A DNA stretch of 64,000 nucleotides from Auanema rhodensis (Eukaryota; Animalia; Nematoda), in contig OZ059895.1 in NCBI GenBank assembly GCA_964057225.1, positions 2,418,001 to 2,482,000 on the forward strand, given 5' to 3'. Below are positions 11,201-26,325 of this stretch, piece by piece. The notes beneath the pieces are model-generated. The model saw only the letters and a list, made by a program, of their open reading frames with translations. It was not told the origin of the DNA and did no database searches. Within the stretch, counting starts at the first letter, position 1. Each line of letters opens with the position of its first letter. The translations under genes and the position numbers were made by a program.

Positions 11201-14200
11201 TCCTCGATTTTCACCCTGAAGAATTAATTTTTTCGTTGAATAGCATTGTCCATCGTCTTTGCCTTGAAAAAAGGAATCTAAAAACATCTACTTTTTGCTA
11301 AATTATTCTGAAATTTTTCGAAAAAATTTTTGTCAAAATGTTTTTGGAAGCAATGTTGAGTGTACATGGAAACTCAACATACACTAATGCATCATTTTTC
11401 AAACGATCATAACTAATTTTTGTATCAAGCGTTTCTTAATGTAGTATAGTGCATTCGATGCGGATTTTTAAGCTGCGTCGATCTGTGTTATCAGATTTGC
11501 GCTAGCTTAAAAATGCACCGAGATATCAACTGATATAAGTTCACACTTATATCCTCGATTTTCACCCTGAAGAATTAATTTTTTCGTTGAATAACATTGT
11601 CCATCGTCTTTGCCTTGAAAAATGGAATCTAAAAACATCTACTTTTTGCTAAATTATTTTGAAATTTTTCGAAAAAATTTTTGTCAAAATGTTTTTGGAA
11701 GCAATGTTGAGTGTACATGGTAACTCAACATACACTAATGCATCATTTTTCGAACAATCATAACCAATTTGTGTATTAAGCGTTTCTCAATGTAGTATAG
11801 TGTATTCGATGCGGATTTTTAAGCTGCGTCGATCTGTGTTATCAGATTTGCGCTAGCTTGAAAATGCACCGAGATATCAACTGATATAAGTTCACACTTA
11901 TATCCTCGATTTTCACCCTGAAGAATTAATTTTTTCGTTGAATAACATTGTCTATCGTCTTTGCCTTGAAAAATGGAATCTAAAAACATCTACTTTTTGC
12001 TAAATTATTTTGAAATTTTTCGAAAAAATTTTTGTCAAAATGTTTTTGGAAGCAATGTTGAGTGTACATGGAAACTCAACATACACTAATGCATCATTTT
12101 TCAAACGATCATAACTAATTTTTGTATCAAGCGTTTCTCAATGTAGTATAGTGCATTCGATGCAGATTTTTAAGCTGCGTCGATCTGTGTTATCAGATTT
12201 GCGCTAGCTTAAAAATGCACCGAGATATCAACTGATATAAGTTCACACTTATATCCTCGATTTTCACCCTGAAGAATTAATTTTTTCGTTGAATAGCATT
12301 GTCCATCGTCTTTGCCTTGAAAAAAGGAATCTAAAAACATCTACTTTTTGCTAAATTATTCTGAAATTTTTCGAAAAAATTTTTGTCAAAATGTTTTTGG
12401 AAGCAATGTTGAGTGTACATGGAAACTCAACATACACTAATGCATCATTTTTCAAACGATCATAACTAATTTTTGTATCAAGCGTTTCTTAATGTAGTAT
12501 AGTGCATTCGATGCGGATTTTTAAGCTGCGTCGATCTGTGTTATCAGATTTGCGCTAGCTTAAAAATGCACCGAGATATCAACTGATATAAGTTCACACT
12601 TATATCCTCGATTTTCACCCTGAAGAATTAATTTTTTCGTTGAATAACATTGTCCATTGTCTTTGCCTTGAAAAATGAAATCTAAAAACATCTACTTTTT
12701 GCTAAATTATTTTGAAATTTTTCGAAAAAATTTTTGTCAAAATGTTTTTGGAAGCAATGTTGAGTGTACATGGAAACTCAACATACACTAATGCATCATT
12801 TTTCAAACGATCATAACTAATTTTTGTATCAAACGTTTCTCAATGTAGTATAGTGCATTCGATGCGGATTTTTAAGCTGCGTCGATCTGTGTTATCAGAT
12901 TTGCGCTAGCTTGAAAATGCACCGAGATATCAACTGATATAAGTTCACACTTATATCCTCGATTTTCACCCTGAAGAATTAATTTTTTCGTTGAATAACA
13001 TTGTCCATTGTCTTTGCCTTGAAAAATGAAATCTAAAAACATCTACTTTTTGCTAAATTATTTTGAAATTTTTCGAAAAAATTTTTGTCAAAATGTTTTT
13101 GGAAGCAATGTTGAGTGTACATGGAAACTCAACATACACTAATGCATCATTTTTCAAACGATCATAACTAATTTTTGTATCAAGCGTTTCTCAATGTAGT
13201 ATAGTGCATTCGATGCGGATTTTTAAGCTGCGTCGATCTGTGTTATCAGATTTGCGCTAGCTTGAAAATGCACCGAGATATCAACTGATATAAGTTCACA
13301 CTTATATCCTCGATTTTCACCCTGAAGAATTAATTTTTTCGTTGAATAACATTGTCTATCGTCTTTGCCTTGAAAAATGGAATCTAAAAACATCTACTTT
13401 TTGCTAAATTATTTTGAAATTTTTCGAAAAAATTTTTGTCAAAATGTTTTTGGAAGCAATGTTGAGTGTACATGGAAACTCAACATACACTAATGCATCA
13501 TTTTTCAAACGATCATAACTAATTTTTGTATCAAGCGTTTCTCAATGTAGTATAGTGCATTCGATGCGGATTTTTAAGCTGCGTCGATCTGTGTTATCAG
13601 ATTTGCGCTAGCTTGAAAATGCACCGAGATATCAACTGATATAAGTTCACACTTATAACCTCGATTTTCACCCTGAAGAATTAATTTTTTCGTTGAATAG
13701 CATTGTCCATCGTCTTTGCCTTGAAAAAAGGAATCTAAAAACATCTACTTTTTGCTAAATTATTCTGAAATTTTTCGAAAAAATTTTTGTCAAAATGTTT
13801 TTGGAAGCAATGTTGAGTGTACATGGAAACTCAACATACACTAATGCATCATTTTTCAAACGATCATAACTAATTTTTGTATCAAGCGTTTCTTAATGTA
13901 GTATAGTGCATTCGATGCGGATTTTTAAGCTGCGTCGATCTGTGTTATCAGATTTGCGCTAGCTTAAAAATGCACCGAGATATCAACTGATATAAGTTCA
14001 CACTTATATCCTCGATTTTCACCCTGAAGAATTAATTTTTTCGTTGAATAACATTGTCCATTGTCTTTGCCTTGAAAAATGAAATCTAAAAACATCTACT
14101 TTTTGCTAAATTATTTTGAAATTTTTCGAAAAAATTTTTGTCAAAATGTTTTTGGAAGCAATGTTGAGTGTACATGGAAACTCAACATACACTAATGCAT

Positions 14201-17200
14201 CATTTTTCAAACGATCATAACTAATTTTTGTATCAAACGTTTCTCAATGTAGTATAGTGCATTCGATGCGGATTTTTAAGCTGCGTCGATCTGTGTTATC
14301 AGATTTGCGCTAGCTTGAAAATGCACCGAGATATCAACTGATATAAGTTCACACTTATATCCTCGATTTTCACCCTGAAGAATTAATTTTTTCGTTGAAT
14401 AACATTGTCCATTGTCTTTGCCTTGAAAAATGAAATCTAAAAACATCTACTTTTTGCTAAATTATTTTGAAATTTTTCGAAAAAATTTTTGTCAAAATGT
14501 TTTTGGAAGCAATGTTGAGTGTACATGGAAACTCAACATACACTAATGCATCATTTTTCAAACAATCATAACCAATTTGTGTATTAAGCGTTTCTCAATG
14601 TAGTATAGTGCATTCGATGCGGATTTTTAAGCTGCGTCGATCTGTGTTATCAGATTTGCGCTAGCTTGAAAATGCACCGAGATATCAACTGATATAAGTT
14701 CACACTTATATCCTCGATTTTCACCCTGAAGAATTAATTTTTTCGTTGAATAACATTGTCTATCGTCTTTGCCTTGAAAAATGGAATCTAAAAACATCTA
14801 CTTTTTGCTAAATTATTTTGAAATTTTTCGAAAAAATTTTTGTCAAAATGTTTTTGGAAGCAATGTTGAGTGTACATGGAAACTCAACATACACTAATGC
14901 ATCATTTTTCAAACGATCATAACTAATTTTTGTATCAAGCGTTTCTCAATGTAGTATAGTGCATTCGATGCAGATTTTTAAGCTGCGTCGATCTGTGTTA
15001 TCAGATTTGCGCTAGCTTAAAAATGCACCGAGATATCAACTGATATAAGTTCACACTTATATCCTCGATTTTCACCCTGAAGAATTAATTTTTTCGTTGA
15101 ATAGCATTGTCCATCGTCTTTGCCTTGAAAAAAGGAATCTAAAAACATCTACTTTTTGCTAAATTATTCTGAAATTTTTCGAAAAAATTTTTGTCAAAAT
15201 GTTTTTGGAAGCAATGTTGAGTGTACATGGAAACTCAACATACACTAATGCATCATTTTTCAAACGATCATAACTAATTTTTGTATCAAGCGTTTCTTAA
15301 TGTAGTATAGTGCATTCGATGCGGATTTTTAAGCTGCGTCGATCTGTGTTATCAGATTTGCGCTAGCTTAAAAATGCACCGAGATATCAACTGATATAAG
15401 TTCACACTTATATCCTCGATTTTCACCCTGAAGAATTAATTTTTTCGTTGAATAACATTGTCCATTGTCTTTGCCTTGAAAAATGAAATCTAAAAACATC
15501 TACTTTTTGCTAAATTATTTTGAAATTTTTCGAAAAAATTTTTGTCAAAATGTTTTTGGAAGCAATGTTGAGTGTACATGGAAACTCAACATACACTAAT
15601 GCATCATTTTTCAAACGATCATAACTAATTTTTGTATCAAACGTTTCTCAATGTAGTATAGTGCATTCGATGCGGATTTTTAAGCTGCGTCGATCTGTGT
15701 TATCAGATTTGCGCTAGCTTAAAAATGCACCGAGATATCAACTGATATAAGTTCACACTTATATCCTCGATTTTCACCCTGAAGAATTAATTTTTTCGTT
15801 GAATAACATTGTCCATTGTCTTTGCCTTGAAAAATGAAATCTAAAAACATCTACTTTTTGCTAAATTATTTTGAAATTTTTCGAAAAAATTTTTGTCAAA
15901 ATGTTTTTGGAAGCAATGTTGAGTGTACATGGAAACTCAACATACACTAATGCATCATTTTTCAAACAATCATAACCAATTTGTGTATTAAGCGTTTCTC
16001 AATGTAGTATAGTGCATTCGATGCGGATTTTTAAGCTGCGTCGATCTGTGTTATCAGATTTGCGCTAGCTTGAAAATGCACCGAGATATCAACTGATATA
16101 AGTTCACACTTATATCCTCGATTTTCACCCTGAAGAATTAATTTTTTCGTTGAATAACATTGTCTATCGTCTTTGCCTTGAAAAATGGAATCTAAAAACA
16201 TCTACTTTTTGCTAAATTATTTTGAAATTTTTCGAAAAAATTTTTGTCAAAATGTTTTTGGAAGCAATGTTGAGTGTACATGGAAACTCAACATACACTA
16301 ATGCATCATTTTTCAAACGATCATAACTAATTTTTGTATCAAGCGTTTCTCAATGTAGTATAGTGCATTCGATGCAGATTTTTAAGCTGCGTCGATCTGT
16401 GTTATCAGATTTGCGCTAGCTTAAAAATGCACCGAGATATCAACTGATATAAGTTCACACTTATATCCTCGATTTTCACCCTGAAGAATTAATTTTTTCG
16501 TTGAATAGCATTGTCCATCGTCTTTGCCTTGAAAAAAGGAATCTAAAAACATCTACTTTTTGCTAAATTATTCTGAAATTTTTCGAAAAAATTTTTGTCA
16601 AAATGTTTTTGGAAGCAATGTTGAGTGTACATGGAAACTCAACATACACTAATGCATTATTTTTCAAACGATCATAACTAATTTTTGTATCAAGCGTTTC
16701 TTAATGTAGTATAGTGCATTCGATGCGGATTTTTAAGCTGCGTCGATCTGTGTTATCAGATTTGCGCTAGCTTAAAAATGCACCGAGATATCAACTGATA
16801 TAAGTTCACACTTATATCCTTGATTTTCACCCTGAAGAATTAATTTTTTCGTTGAATAACATTGTCCATTGTCTTTGCCTTGAAAAATGAAATCTAAAAA
16901 CATCTACTTTTTGCTAAATTATTTTGAAATTTTTCGAAAAAATTTTTGTCAAAATGTTTTTGGAAGCAATGTTGAGTGTACATGGAAACTCAACATACAC
17001 TAATGCATCATTTTTCAAACGATCATAACTAATTTTTGTATCAAACGTTTCTCAATGTAGTATAGTGCATTCGATGCGGATTTTTAAGCTGCGTCGATCT
17101 GTGTTATCAGATTTGCGCTAGCTTAAAAATGCACCGAGATATCAACTGATATAAGTTCACACTTATATCCTCGATTTTCACCCTGAAGAATTAATTTTTT

Positions 17201-20200
17201 CGTTGAATAGCATTGTCCATCGTCTTTGCCTTGAAAAAAGGAATCTAAAAACATCTACTTTTTGCTAAATTATTCTGAAATTTTTCGAAAAAATTTTTGT
17301 CAAAATGTTTTTGGAAGCAATGTTGAGTGTACATGGAAACTCAACATACACTAATGCATCATTTTTCAAACGATCATAACTAATTTTTGTATCAAGCGTT
17401 TCTCAATGTAGTATAGTGCATTCGATGCAGATTTTTAAGCTGCGTCGATCTGTGTTATCAGATTTGCGCTAGCTTAAAAATGCACCGAGATATCAACTGA
17501 TATAAGTTCACACTTATATCCTCGATTTTCACCCTGAAGAATTAATTTTTTCGTTGAATAACATTGTCCATTGTCTTTGCCTTGAAAAATGAAATCTAAA
17601 AACATCTACTTTTTGCTAAATTATTTTGAAATTTTTTGAAAAAATTTTTGTCAAAATGTTTTTGGAAGCAATGTTGAGTGTACATGGAAACTCAACATAC
17701 ACTAATGCATCATTTTTCAAACGATCATAACTAATTTTTGTATCAAACGTTTCTCAATGTAGTATAGTGCATTCGATGCGGATTTTTAAGCTGCGTCGAT
17801 CTGTGTTATCAGATTTGCGCTAGCTTGAAAATGCACCGAGATATCAACTGATATAAGTTCACACTTATATCCTCGATTTTCACCCTGAAGAATTAATTTT
17901 TTCGTTGAATAACATTGTCCATTGTCTTTGCCTTGAAAAATGAAATCTAAAAACATCTACTTTTTGCTAAATTATTTTGAAATTTTTCGAAAAAATTTTT
18001 GTCAAAATGTTTTTGGAAGCAATGTTGAGTGTACATGGAAACTCAACATACACTAATGCATCATTTTTCAAACAATCATAACCAATTTGTGTATTAAGCG
18101 TTTCTCAATGTAGTATAGTGCATTCGATGCGGATTTTTAAGCTGCGTCGATCTGTGTTATCAGATTTGCGCTAGCTTGAAAATGCACCGAGATATCAACT
18201 GATATAAGTTCACACTTATATCCTCGATTTTCACCCTGAAGAATTAATTTTTTCGTTGAATAACATTGTCCATTGTCTTTGCCTTGAAAAATGAAATCTA
18301 AAAACATCTACTTTTTGCTAAATTATTTTGAAATTTTTCGAAAAAATTTTTGTCAAAATGTTTTTGGAAGCAATGTTGAGTGTACATGGAAACTCAACAT
18401 ACACTAATGCATCATTTTTCAAACAATCATAACCAATTTGTGTATTAAGCGTTTCTCAATGTAGTATAGTGCATTCGATGCGGATTTTTAAGCTGCGTCG
18501 ATCTGTGTTATCAGATTTGCGCTAGCTTGAAAATGCACCGAGATATCAACTGATATAAGTTCACACTTATATCCTCGATTTTCACCCTGAAGAATTAATT
18601 TTTTCGTTGAATAACATTGTCTATCGTCTTTGCCTTGAAAAATGGAATCTAAAAACATCTACTTTTTGCTAAATTATTTTGAAATTTTTCGAAAAAATTT
18701 TTGTCAAAATGTTTTTGGAAGCAATGTTGAGTGTACATGGAAACTCAACATACACTAATGCATCATTTTTCAAACGATCATAACTAATTTTTGTATCAAG
18801 CGTTTCTCAATGTAGTATAGTGCATTCGATGCAGATTTTTAAGCTGCGTCGATCTGTGTTATCAGATTTGCGCTAGCTTAAAAATGCACCGAGATATCAA
18901 CTGATATAAGTTCACACTTATATCCTCGATTTTCACCCTGAAGAATTAATTTTTTCGTTGAATAGCATTGTCCATCGTCTTTGCCTTGAAAAAAGGAATC
19001 TAAAAACATCTACTTTTTGCTAAATTATTCTGAAATTTTTCGAAAAAATTTTTGTCAAAATGTTTTTGGAAGCAATGTTGAGTGTACATGGAAACTCAAC
19101 ATACACTAATGCATCATTTTTCAAACGATCATAACTAATTTTTGTATCAAGCGTTTCTTAATGTAGTATAGTGCATTCGATGCGGATTTTTAAGCTGCGT
19201 CGATCTGTGTTATCAGATTTGCGCTAGCTTAAAAATGCACCGAGATATCAACTGATATAAGTTCACACTTATATCCTCGATTTTCACCCTGAAGAATTAA
19301 TTTTTTCGTTGAATAACATTGTCCATTGTCTTTGCCTTGAAAAATGAAATCTAAAAACATCTACTTTTTGCTAAATTATTTTGAAATTTTTCGAAAAAAT
19401 TTTTGTCAAAATGTTTTTGGAAGCAATGTTGAGTGTACATGGAAACTCAACATACACTAATGCATCATTTTTCAAACGATCATAACTAATTTTTGTATCA
19501 AACGTTTCTCAATGTAGTATAGTGCATTCGATGCGGATTTTTAAGCTGCGTCGATCTGTGTTATCAGATTTGCGCTAGCTTAAAAATGCACCGAGATATC
19601 AACTGATATAAGTTCACACTTATATCCTCGATTTTCACCCTGAAGAATTAATTTTTTCGTTGAATAGCATTGTCCATCGTCTTTGCCTTGAAAAAAGGAA
19701 TCTAAAAACATCTACTTTTTGCTAAATTATTCTGAAATTTTTCGAAAAAATTTTTGTCAAAATGTTTTTGGAAGCAATGTTGAGTGTACATGGAAACTCA
19801 ACATACACTAATGCATCATTTTTCAAACGATCATAACTAATTTTTGTATCAAGCGTTTCTTAATGTAGTATAGTGCATTCGATGCGGATTTTTAAGCTGC
19901 GTCGATCTGTGTTATCAGATTTGCGCTAGCTTAAAAATGCACCGAGATATCAACTGATATAAGTTCACACTTATATCCTCGATTTTCACCCTGAAGAATT
20001 AATTTTTTCGTTGAATAACATTGTCCATTGTCTTTGCCTTGAAAAATGAAATCTAAAAACATCTACTTTTTGCTAAATTATTTTGAAATTTTTCGAAAAA
20101 ATTTTTGTCAAAATGTTTTTGGAAGCAATGTTGAGTGTACATGGAAACTCAACATACACTAATGCATCATTTTTCAAACGATCATAACTAATTTTTGTAT

Positions 20201-21411
20201 CAAACGTTTCTCAATGTAGTATAGTGCATTCGATGCGGATTTTTAAGCTGCGTCGATCTGTGTTATCAGATTTGCGCTAGCTTAAAAATGCACCGAGATA
20301 TCAACTGATATAAGTTCACACTTATATCCTCGATTTTCACCCTGAAGAATTAATTTTTTCGTTGAATAGCATTGTCCATCGTCTTTGCCTTGAAAAAAGG
20401 AATCTAAAAACATCTACTTTTTGCTAAATTATTCTGAAATTTTTCGAAAAAATTTTTGTCAAAATGTTTTTGGAAGCAATGTTGAGTGTACATGGAAACT
20501 CAACATACACTAATGCATCATTTTTCAAACGATCATAACTAATTTTTGTATCAAGCGTTTCTTAATGTAGTATAGTGCATTCGATGCGGATTTTTAAGCT
20601 GCGTCGATCTGTGTTATCAGATTTGCGCTAGCTTAAAAATGCACCGAGATATCAACTGATATAAGTTCACACTTATATCCTCGATTTTCACCCTGAAGAA
20701 TTAATTTTTTCGTTGAATAACATTGTCCATTGTCTTTGCCTTGGAAAATGAAATCTAAAAACATCTACTTTTTGCTAAATTATTTTGAAATTTTTCGAAA
20801 AAATTTTTGTCAAAATGTTTTTGGAAGCAATGTTGAGTGTACATGGAAACTCAACATACACTAATGCATCATTTTTCAAACGATCATAACTAATTTTTGT
20901 ATCAAACGTTTCTGAATGTAGTATAGTGCATTCGATGCGAATTTTTAAGCTGCGTCGATCTGTGTTATCAGATTTGCGCTAGCTTAAAAATGCACCGAGA
21001 TATCAACTGATATAAGTTCACACTTATATCCTCGATTTTCACCCTGAAGAATTAATTTTTTCGTTGAATAACATTGTCCATTGTCTTTGCCTTGAAAAAT
21101 GAAATCTAAAAACATCTACTTTTTGCTAAATTATTTTGAAATTTTTCGAAAAAATTTTTGTCAAAATGTTTTTGGAAGCAATGTTGAGTGTACATGGAAA
21201 CTCAACATACACTAATGCATCATTTTTCAAACGATCATAACTAATTTTTGTATCAAACGTTTCTCAATGTAGTATAGTGCATTCGATGCGGATTTTTAAG
21301 CTGCGTCGATCTGTGTTATCAGATTTGCGCTAGCTTAAAAATGCACCGAGATATCAACTGATATAAGTTCACACTTATATCCTCGATTTTCACCCTGAAG
21401 AATTAATTTTT
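5266..21411. repeat. Subfamily domain B (monomers 16-61), with 3-mer, then 4-mer, then 2-mer higher-order units
   Basis: Monomer types: G10+C76+T205 (X), A173+C182+G188+G277 (Y), T19+A230 (Z), T22+A42 (W). XYZ dominates 8425-12636, XWYZ 13690-16497 and XW 18955-21060. The left edge (5266-8424) is a mixed transition zone. Confidence 0.8.
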
Positions 21412-24400
21412 TCGTTGAATAACATTGTCCATCGTCTTTGCCTTGAAAAAAGGAATCTAAAAACATCTACTTTTTGCTAAATTATTTTGAAATTTTTGGA
21501 AAAAATTTTTGCCAAAATGTTTTTGGAAGCAATGTTGAGTGTACATGGAAACTCAACATACACTAATGCATCATTTTTCAAACGATCATAACTAATTTTT
21601 GTATTAAGCGTTTCTCAATGTAGTATAGTGCATTCGATGCGAATTTTTAAGCTGCGTCGATCTGTGTTATCAGATTTGCGCTAGCTTAAAAATGCACCGA
21701 GATATCAACTGATATAAGTTCACACTTATATCCTCGATTTTCACCCTGAAGAATTAATTTTTTCGTTGAATAACATTGTCCATCGTCTTTGCCTTGAAAA
21801 AAGGAATCTAAAAACATCTACTTTTTGCTAAATTATTTTGAAATTTTTGGAAAAAATTTTTGTCAAAATGTTTTTGGAAGCAATGTTGAGTGTACATGGA
21901 AACTCAACATACACTAATGCATCATTTTTCAAACGATCATAACTAATTTTTGTATTAAGCGTTTCTCAATGTAGTATAGTGCATTCGATGCGGATTTTTA
22001 AGCTGCGTCGATCTGTGTTATCAGATTTGCGCTAGCTTAAAAATGCACCGAGATATCAACTGATATAAGTTCACACTTATATCCTCGATTTTCACCCTGA
22101 AGAATTAATTTTTTCGTTGAATAGCATTGTCCATCGTCTTTGCCTTGAAAAAAGGAATCTAAAAACATCTACTTTTTGCTAAATTATTTTGAAATTTTTG
22201 GAAAAAATTTTTGCCAAAATGTTTTTGGAAGCAATGTTGAGTGTACATGGAAACTCAACATACACTAATGCATCATTTTTCAAACGATCATAACTAATTT
22301 TTGTATTAAGCGTTTCTCAATGTAGTATAGTGCATTCGATGCGGATTTTTAAGCTGCGTCGATCTGTGTTATCAGATTTGCGCTAGCTTAAAAATGCACC
22401 GAGATATCAACTGATATAAGTTCACACTTATATCCTCGATTTTCACCCTGAAGAATTAATTTTTTCGTTGAATAGCATTGTCCATCGTCTTTGCCTTGAA
22501 AAAAGGAATCTAAAAACATCTACTTTTTGCTAAATTATTTTGAAATTTTTGGAAAAAATTTTTGCCAAAATGTTTTTGGAAGCAATGTTGAGTGTACATG
22601 GAAACTCAACATACACTAATGCATCATTTTTCAAACGATCATAACTAATTTTTGTATTAAGCGTTTCTCAATGTAGTATAGTGCATTCGATGCGAATTTT
22701 TAAGCTGCGTCGATCTGTGTTATCAGATTTGCGCTAGCTTAAAAATGCACCGAGATATCAACTGATATAAGTTCACACTTATATCCTCGATTTTCACCCT
22801 GAAGAATTAATTTTTTCGTTGAATAACATTGTCCATCGTCTTTGCCTTGAAAAAAGGAATCTAAAAACATCTACTTTTTGCTAAATTATTTTGAAATTTT
22901 TGGAAAAAATTTTTGTCAAAATGTTTTTGGAAGCAATGTTGAGTGTACATGGAAACTCAACATACACTAATGCATCATTTTTCAAACGATCATAACTAAT
23001 TTTTGTATCAAGCGTTTCTCAATGTAGTATAGTGCATTCGATGCGGATTTTTAAGCTGCGTCGATCTGTGTTATCAGATTTGCGCTAGCTTAAAAATGCA
23101 CCGAGATATCAACTGATATAAGTTCACACTTATATCCTCGATTTTCACCCTGAAGAATTAATTTTTTCGTTGAATAACATTGTCCATCGTCTTTGCCTTG
23201 AAAAAAGGAATCTAAAAACATCTACTTTTTGCTAAATTATTTTGAAATTTTTGGAAAAAATTTTTGCCAAAATGTTTTTGGAAGCAATGTTGAGTGTACA
23301 TGGAAACTCAACATACACTAATGCATCATTTTTCAAACGATCATAACTAATTTTTGTATTAAGCGTTTCTCAATGTAGTATAGTGCATTCGATGCGAATT
23401 TTTAAGCTGCGTCGATCTGTGTTATCAGATTTGCGCTAGCTTAAAAATGCACCGAGATATCAACTGATATAAGTTCACACTTATATCCTCGATTTTCACC
23501 CTGAAGAATTAATTTTTTCGTTGAATAACATTGTCCATCGTCTTTGCCTTGAAAAAAGGAATCTAAAAACATCTACTTTTTGCTAAATTATTTTGAAATT
23601 TTTGGAAAAAATTTTTGTCAAAATGTTTTTGGAAGCAATGTTGAGTGTACATGGAAACTCAACATACACTAATGCATCATTTTTCAAACGATCATAACTA
23701 ATTTTTGTATTAAGCGTTTCTCAATGTAGTATAGTGCATTCGATGCGGATTTTTAAGCTGCGTCGATCTGTGTTATCAGATTTGCGCTAGCTTAAAAATG
23801 CACCGAGATATCAACTGATATAAGTTCACACTTATATCCTCGATTTTCACCCTGAAGAATTAATTTTTTCGTTGAATAGCATTGTCCATCGTCTTTGCCT
23901 TGAAAAAAGGAATCTAAAAACATCTACTTTTTGCTAAATTATTTTGAAATTTTTGGAAAAAATTTTTGCCAAAATGTTTTTGGAAGCAATGTTGAGTGTA
24001 CATGGAAACTCAACATACACTAATGCATCATTTTTCAAACGATCATAACTAATTTTTGTATTAAGCGTTTCTCAATGTAGTATAGTGCATTCGATGCGGA
24101 TTTTTAAGCTGCGTCGATCTGTGTTATCAGATTTGCGCTAGCTTAAAAATGCACCGAGATATCAACTGATATAAGTTCACACTTATATCCTCGATTTTCA
24201 CCCTGAAGAATTAATTTTTTCGTTGAATAGCATTGTCCATCGTCTTTGCCTTGAAAAAAGGAATCTAAAAACATCTACTTTTTGCTAAATTATTTTGAAA
24301 TTTTTGGAAAAAATTTTTGCCAAAATGTTTTTGGAAGCAATGTTGAGTGTACATGGAAACTCAACATACACTAATGCATCATTTTTCAAACGATCATAAC

Positions 24401-26325
24401 TAATTTTTGTATTAAGCGTTTCTCAATGTAGTATAGTGCATTCGATGCGAATTTTTAAGCTGCGTCGATCTGTGTTATCAGATTTGCGCTAGCTTAAAAA
24501 TGCACCGAGATATCAACTGATATAAGTTCACACTTATATCCTCGATTTTCACCCTGAAGAATTAATTTTTTCGTTGAATAACATTGTCCATCGTCTTTGC
24601 CTTGAAAAAAGGAATCTAAAAACATCTACTTTTTGCTAAATTATTTTGAAATTTTTGGAAAAAATTTTTGTCAAAATGTTTTTGGAAGCAATGTTGAGTG
24701 TACATGGAAACTCAACATACACTAATGCATCATTTTTCAAACGATCATAACTAATTTTTGTATCAAGCGTTTCTCAATGTAGTATAGTGCATTCGATGCG
24801 GATTTTTAAGCTGCGTCGATCTGTGTTATCAGATTTGCGCTAGCTTAAAAATGCACCGAGATATCAACTGATATAAGTTCACACTTATATCCTCGATTTT
24901 CACCCTGAAGAATTAATTTTTTCGTTGAATAACATTGTCCATCGTCTTTGCCTTGAAAAAAGGAATCTAAAAACATCTACTTTTTGCTAAATTATTTTGA
25001 AATTTTTGGAAAAAATTTTTGCCAAAATGTTTTTGGAAGCAATGTTGAGTGTACATGGAAACTCAACATACACTAATGCATCATTTTTCAAACGATCATA
25101 ACTAATTTTTGTATTAAGCGTTTCTCAATGTAGTATAGTGCATTCGATGCGAATTTTTAAGCTGCGTCGATCTGTGTTATCAGATTTGCGCTAGCTTAAA
25201 AATGCACCGAGATATCAACTGATATAAGTTCACACTTATATCCTCGATTTTCACCCTGAAGAATTAATTTTTTCGTTGAATAACATTGTCCATCGTCTTT
25301 GCCTTGAAAAAAGGAATCTAAAAACATCTACTTTTTGCTAAATTATTTTGAAATTTTTGGAAAAAATTTTTGTCAAAATGTTTTTGGAAGCAATGTTGAG
25401 TGTACATGGAAACTCAACATACACTAATGCATCATTTTTCAAACGATCATAACTAATTTTTGTATTAAGCGTTTCTCAATGTAGTATAGTGCATTCGATG
25501 CGGATTTTTAAGCTGCGTCGATCTGTGTTATCAGATTTGCGCTAGCTTAAAAATGCACCGAGATATCAACTGATATAAGTTCACACTTATATCCTCGATT
25601 TTCACCCTGAAGAATTAATTTTTTCGTTGAATAGCATTGTCCATCGTCTTTGCCTTGAAAAAAGGAATCTAAAAACATCTACTTTTTGCTAAATTATTTT
25701 GAAATTTTTGGAAAAAATTTTTGCCAAAATGTTTTTGGAAGCAATGTTGAGTGTACATGGAAACTCAACATACACTAATGCATCATTTTTCAAACGATCA
25801 TAACTAATTTTTGTATTAAGCGTTTCTCAATGTAGTATAGTGCATTCGATGCGGATTTTTAAGCTGCGTCGATCTGTGTTATCAGATTTGCGCTAGCTTA
25901 AAAATGCACCGAGATATCAACTGATATAAGTTCACACTTATATCCTCGATTTTCACCCTGAAGAATTAATTTTTTCGTTGAATAGCATTGTCCATCGTCT
26001 TTGCCTTGAAAAAAGGAATCTAAAAACATCTACTTTTTGCTAAATTATTTTGAAATTTTTGGAAAAAATTTTTGTCAAAATGTTTTTGGAAGCAATGTTG
26101 AGTGTACATGGAAACTCAACATACACTAATGCATCATTTTTCAAACGATCATAACTAATTTTTGTATTAAGCGTTTCTCAATGTAGTATAGTGCATTCGA
26201 TGCGGATTTTTAAGCTGCGTCGATCTGTGTTATCAGATTTGCGCTAGCTTAAATATGCACCGAGATATCAACTGATATAAGTTCACACTTATATCCTCGA
26301 TTTTCACCCTGAAGAATTAATTTTT
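21412..26325. repeat. Subfamily domain C: 5-mer higher-order repeat (1755 bp), ~2.6 copies
   Basis: All monomers carry G87. The combination of alleles at positions 10/101/194/231 repeats with period 5: 21412-23166 = 23167-24921, and a partial third copy starts at 24922. Confidence 0.85.
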
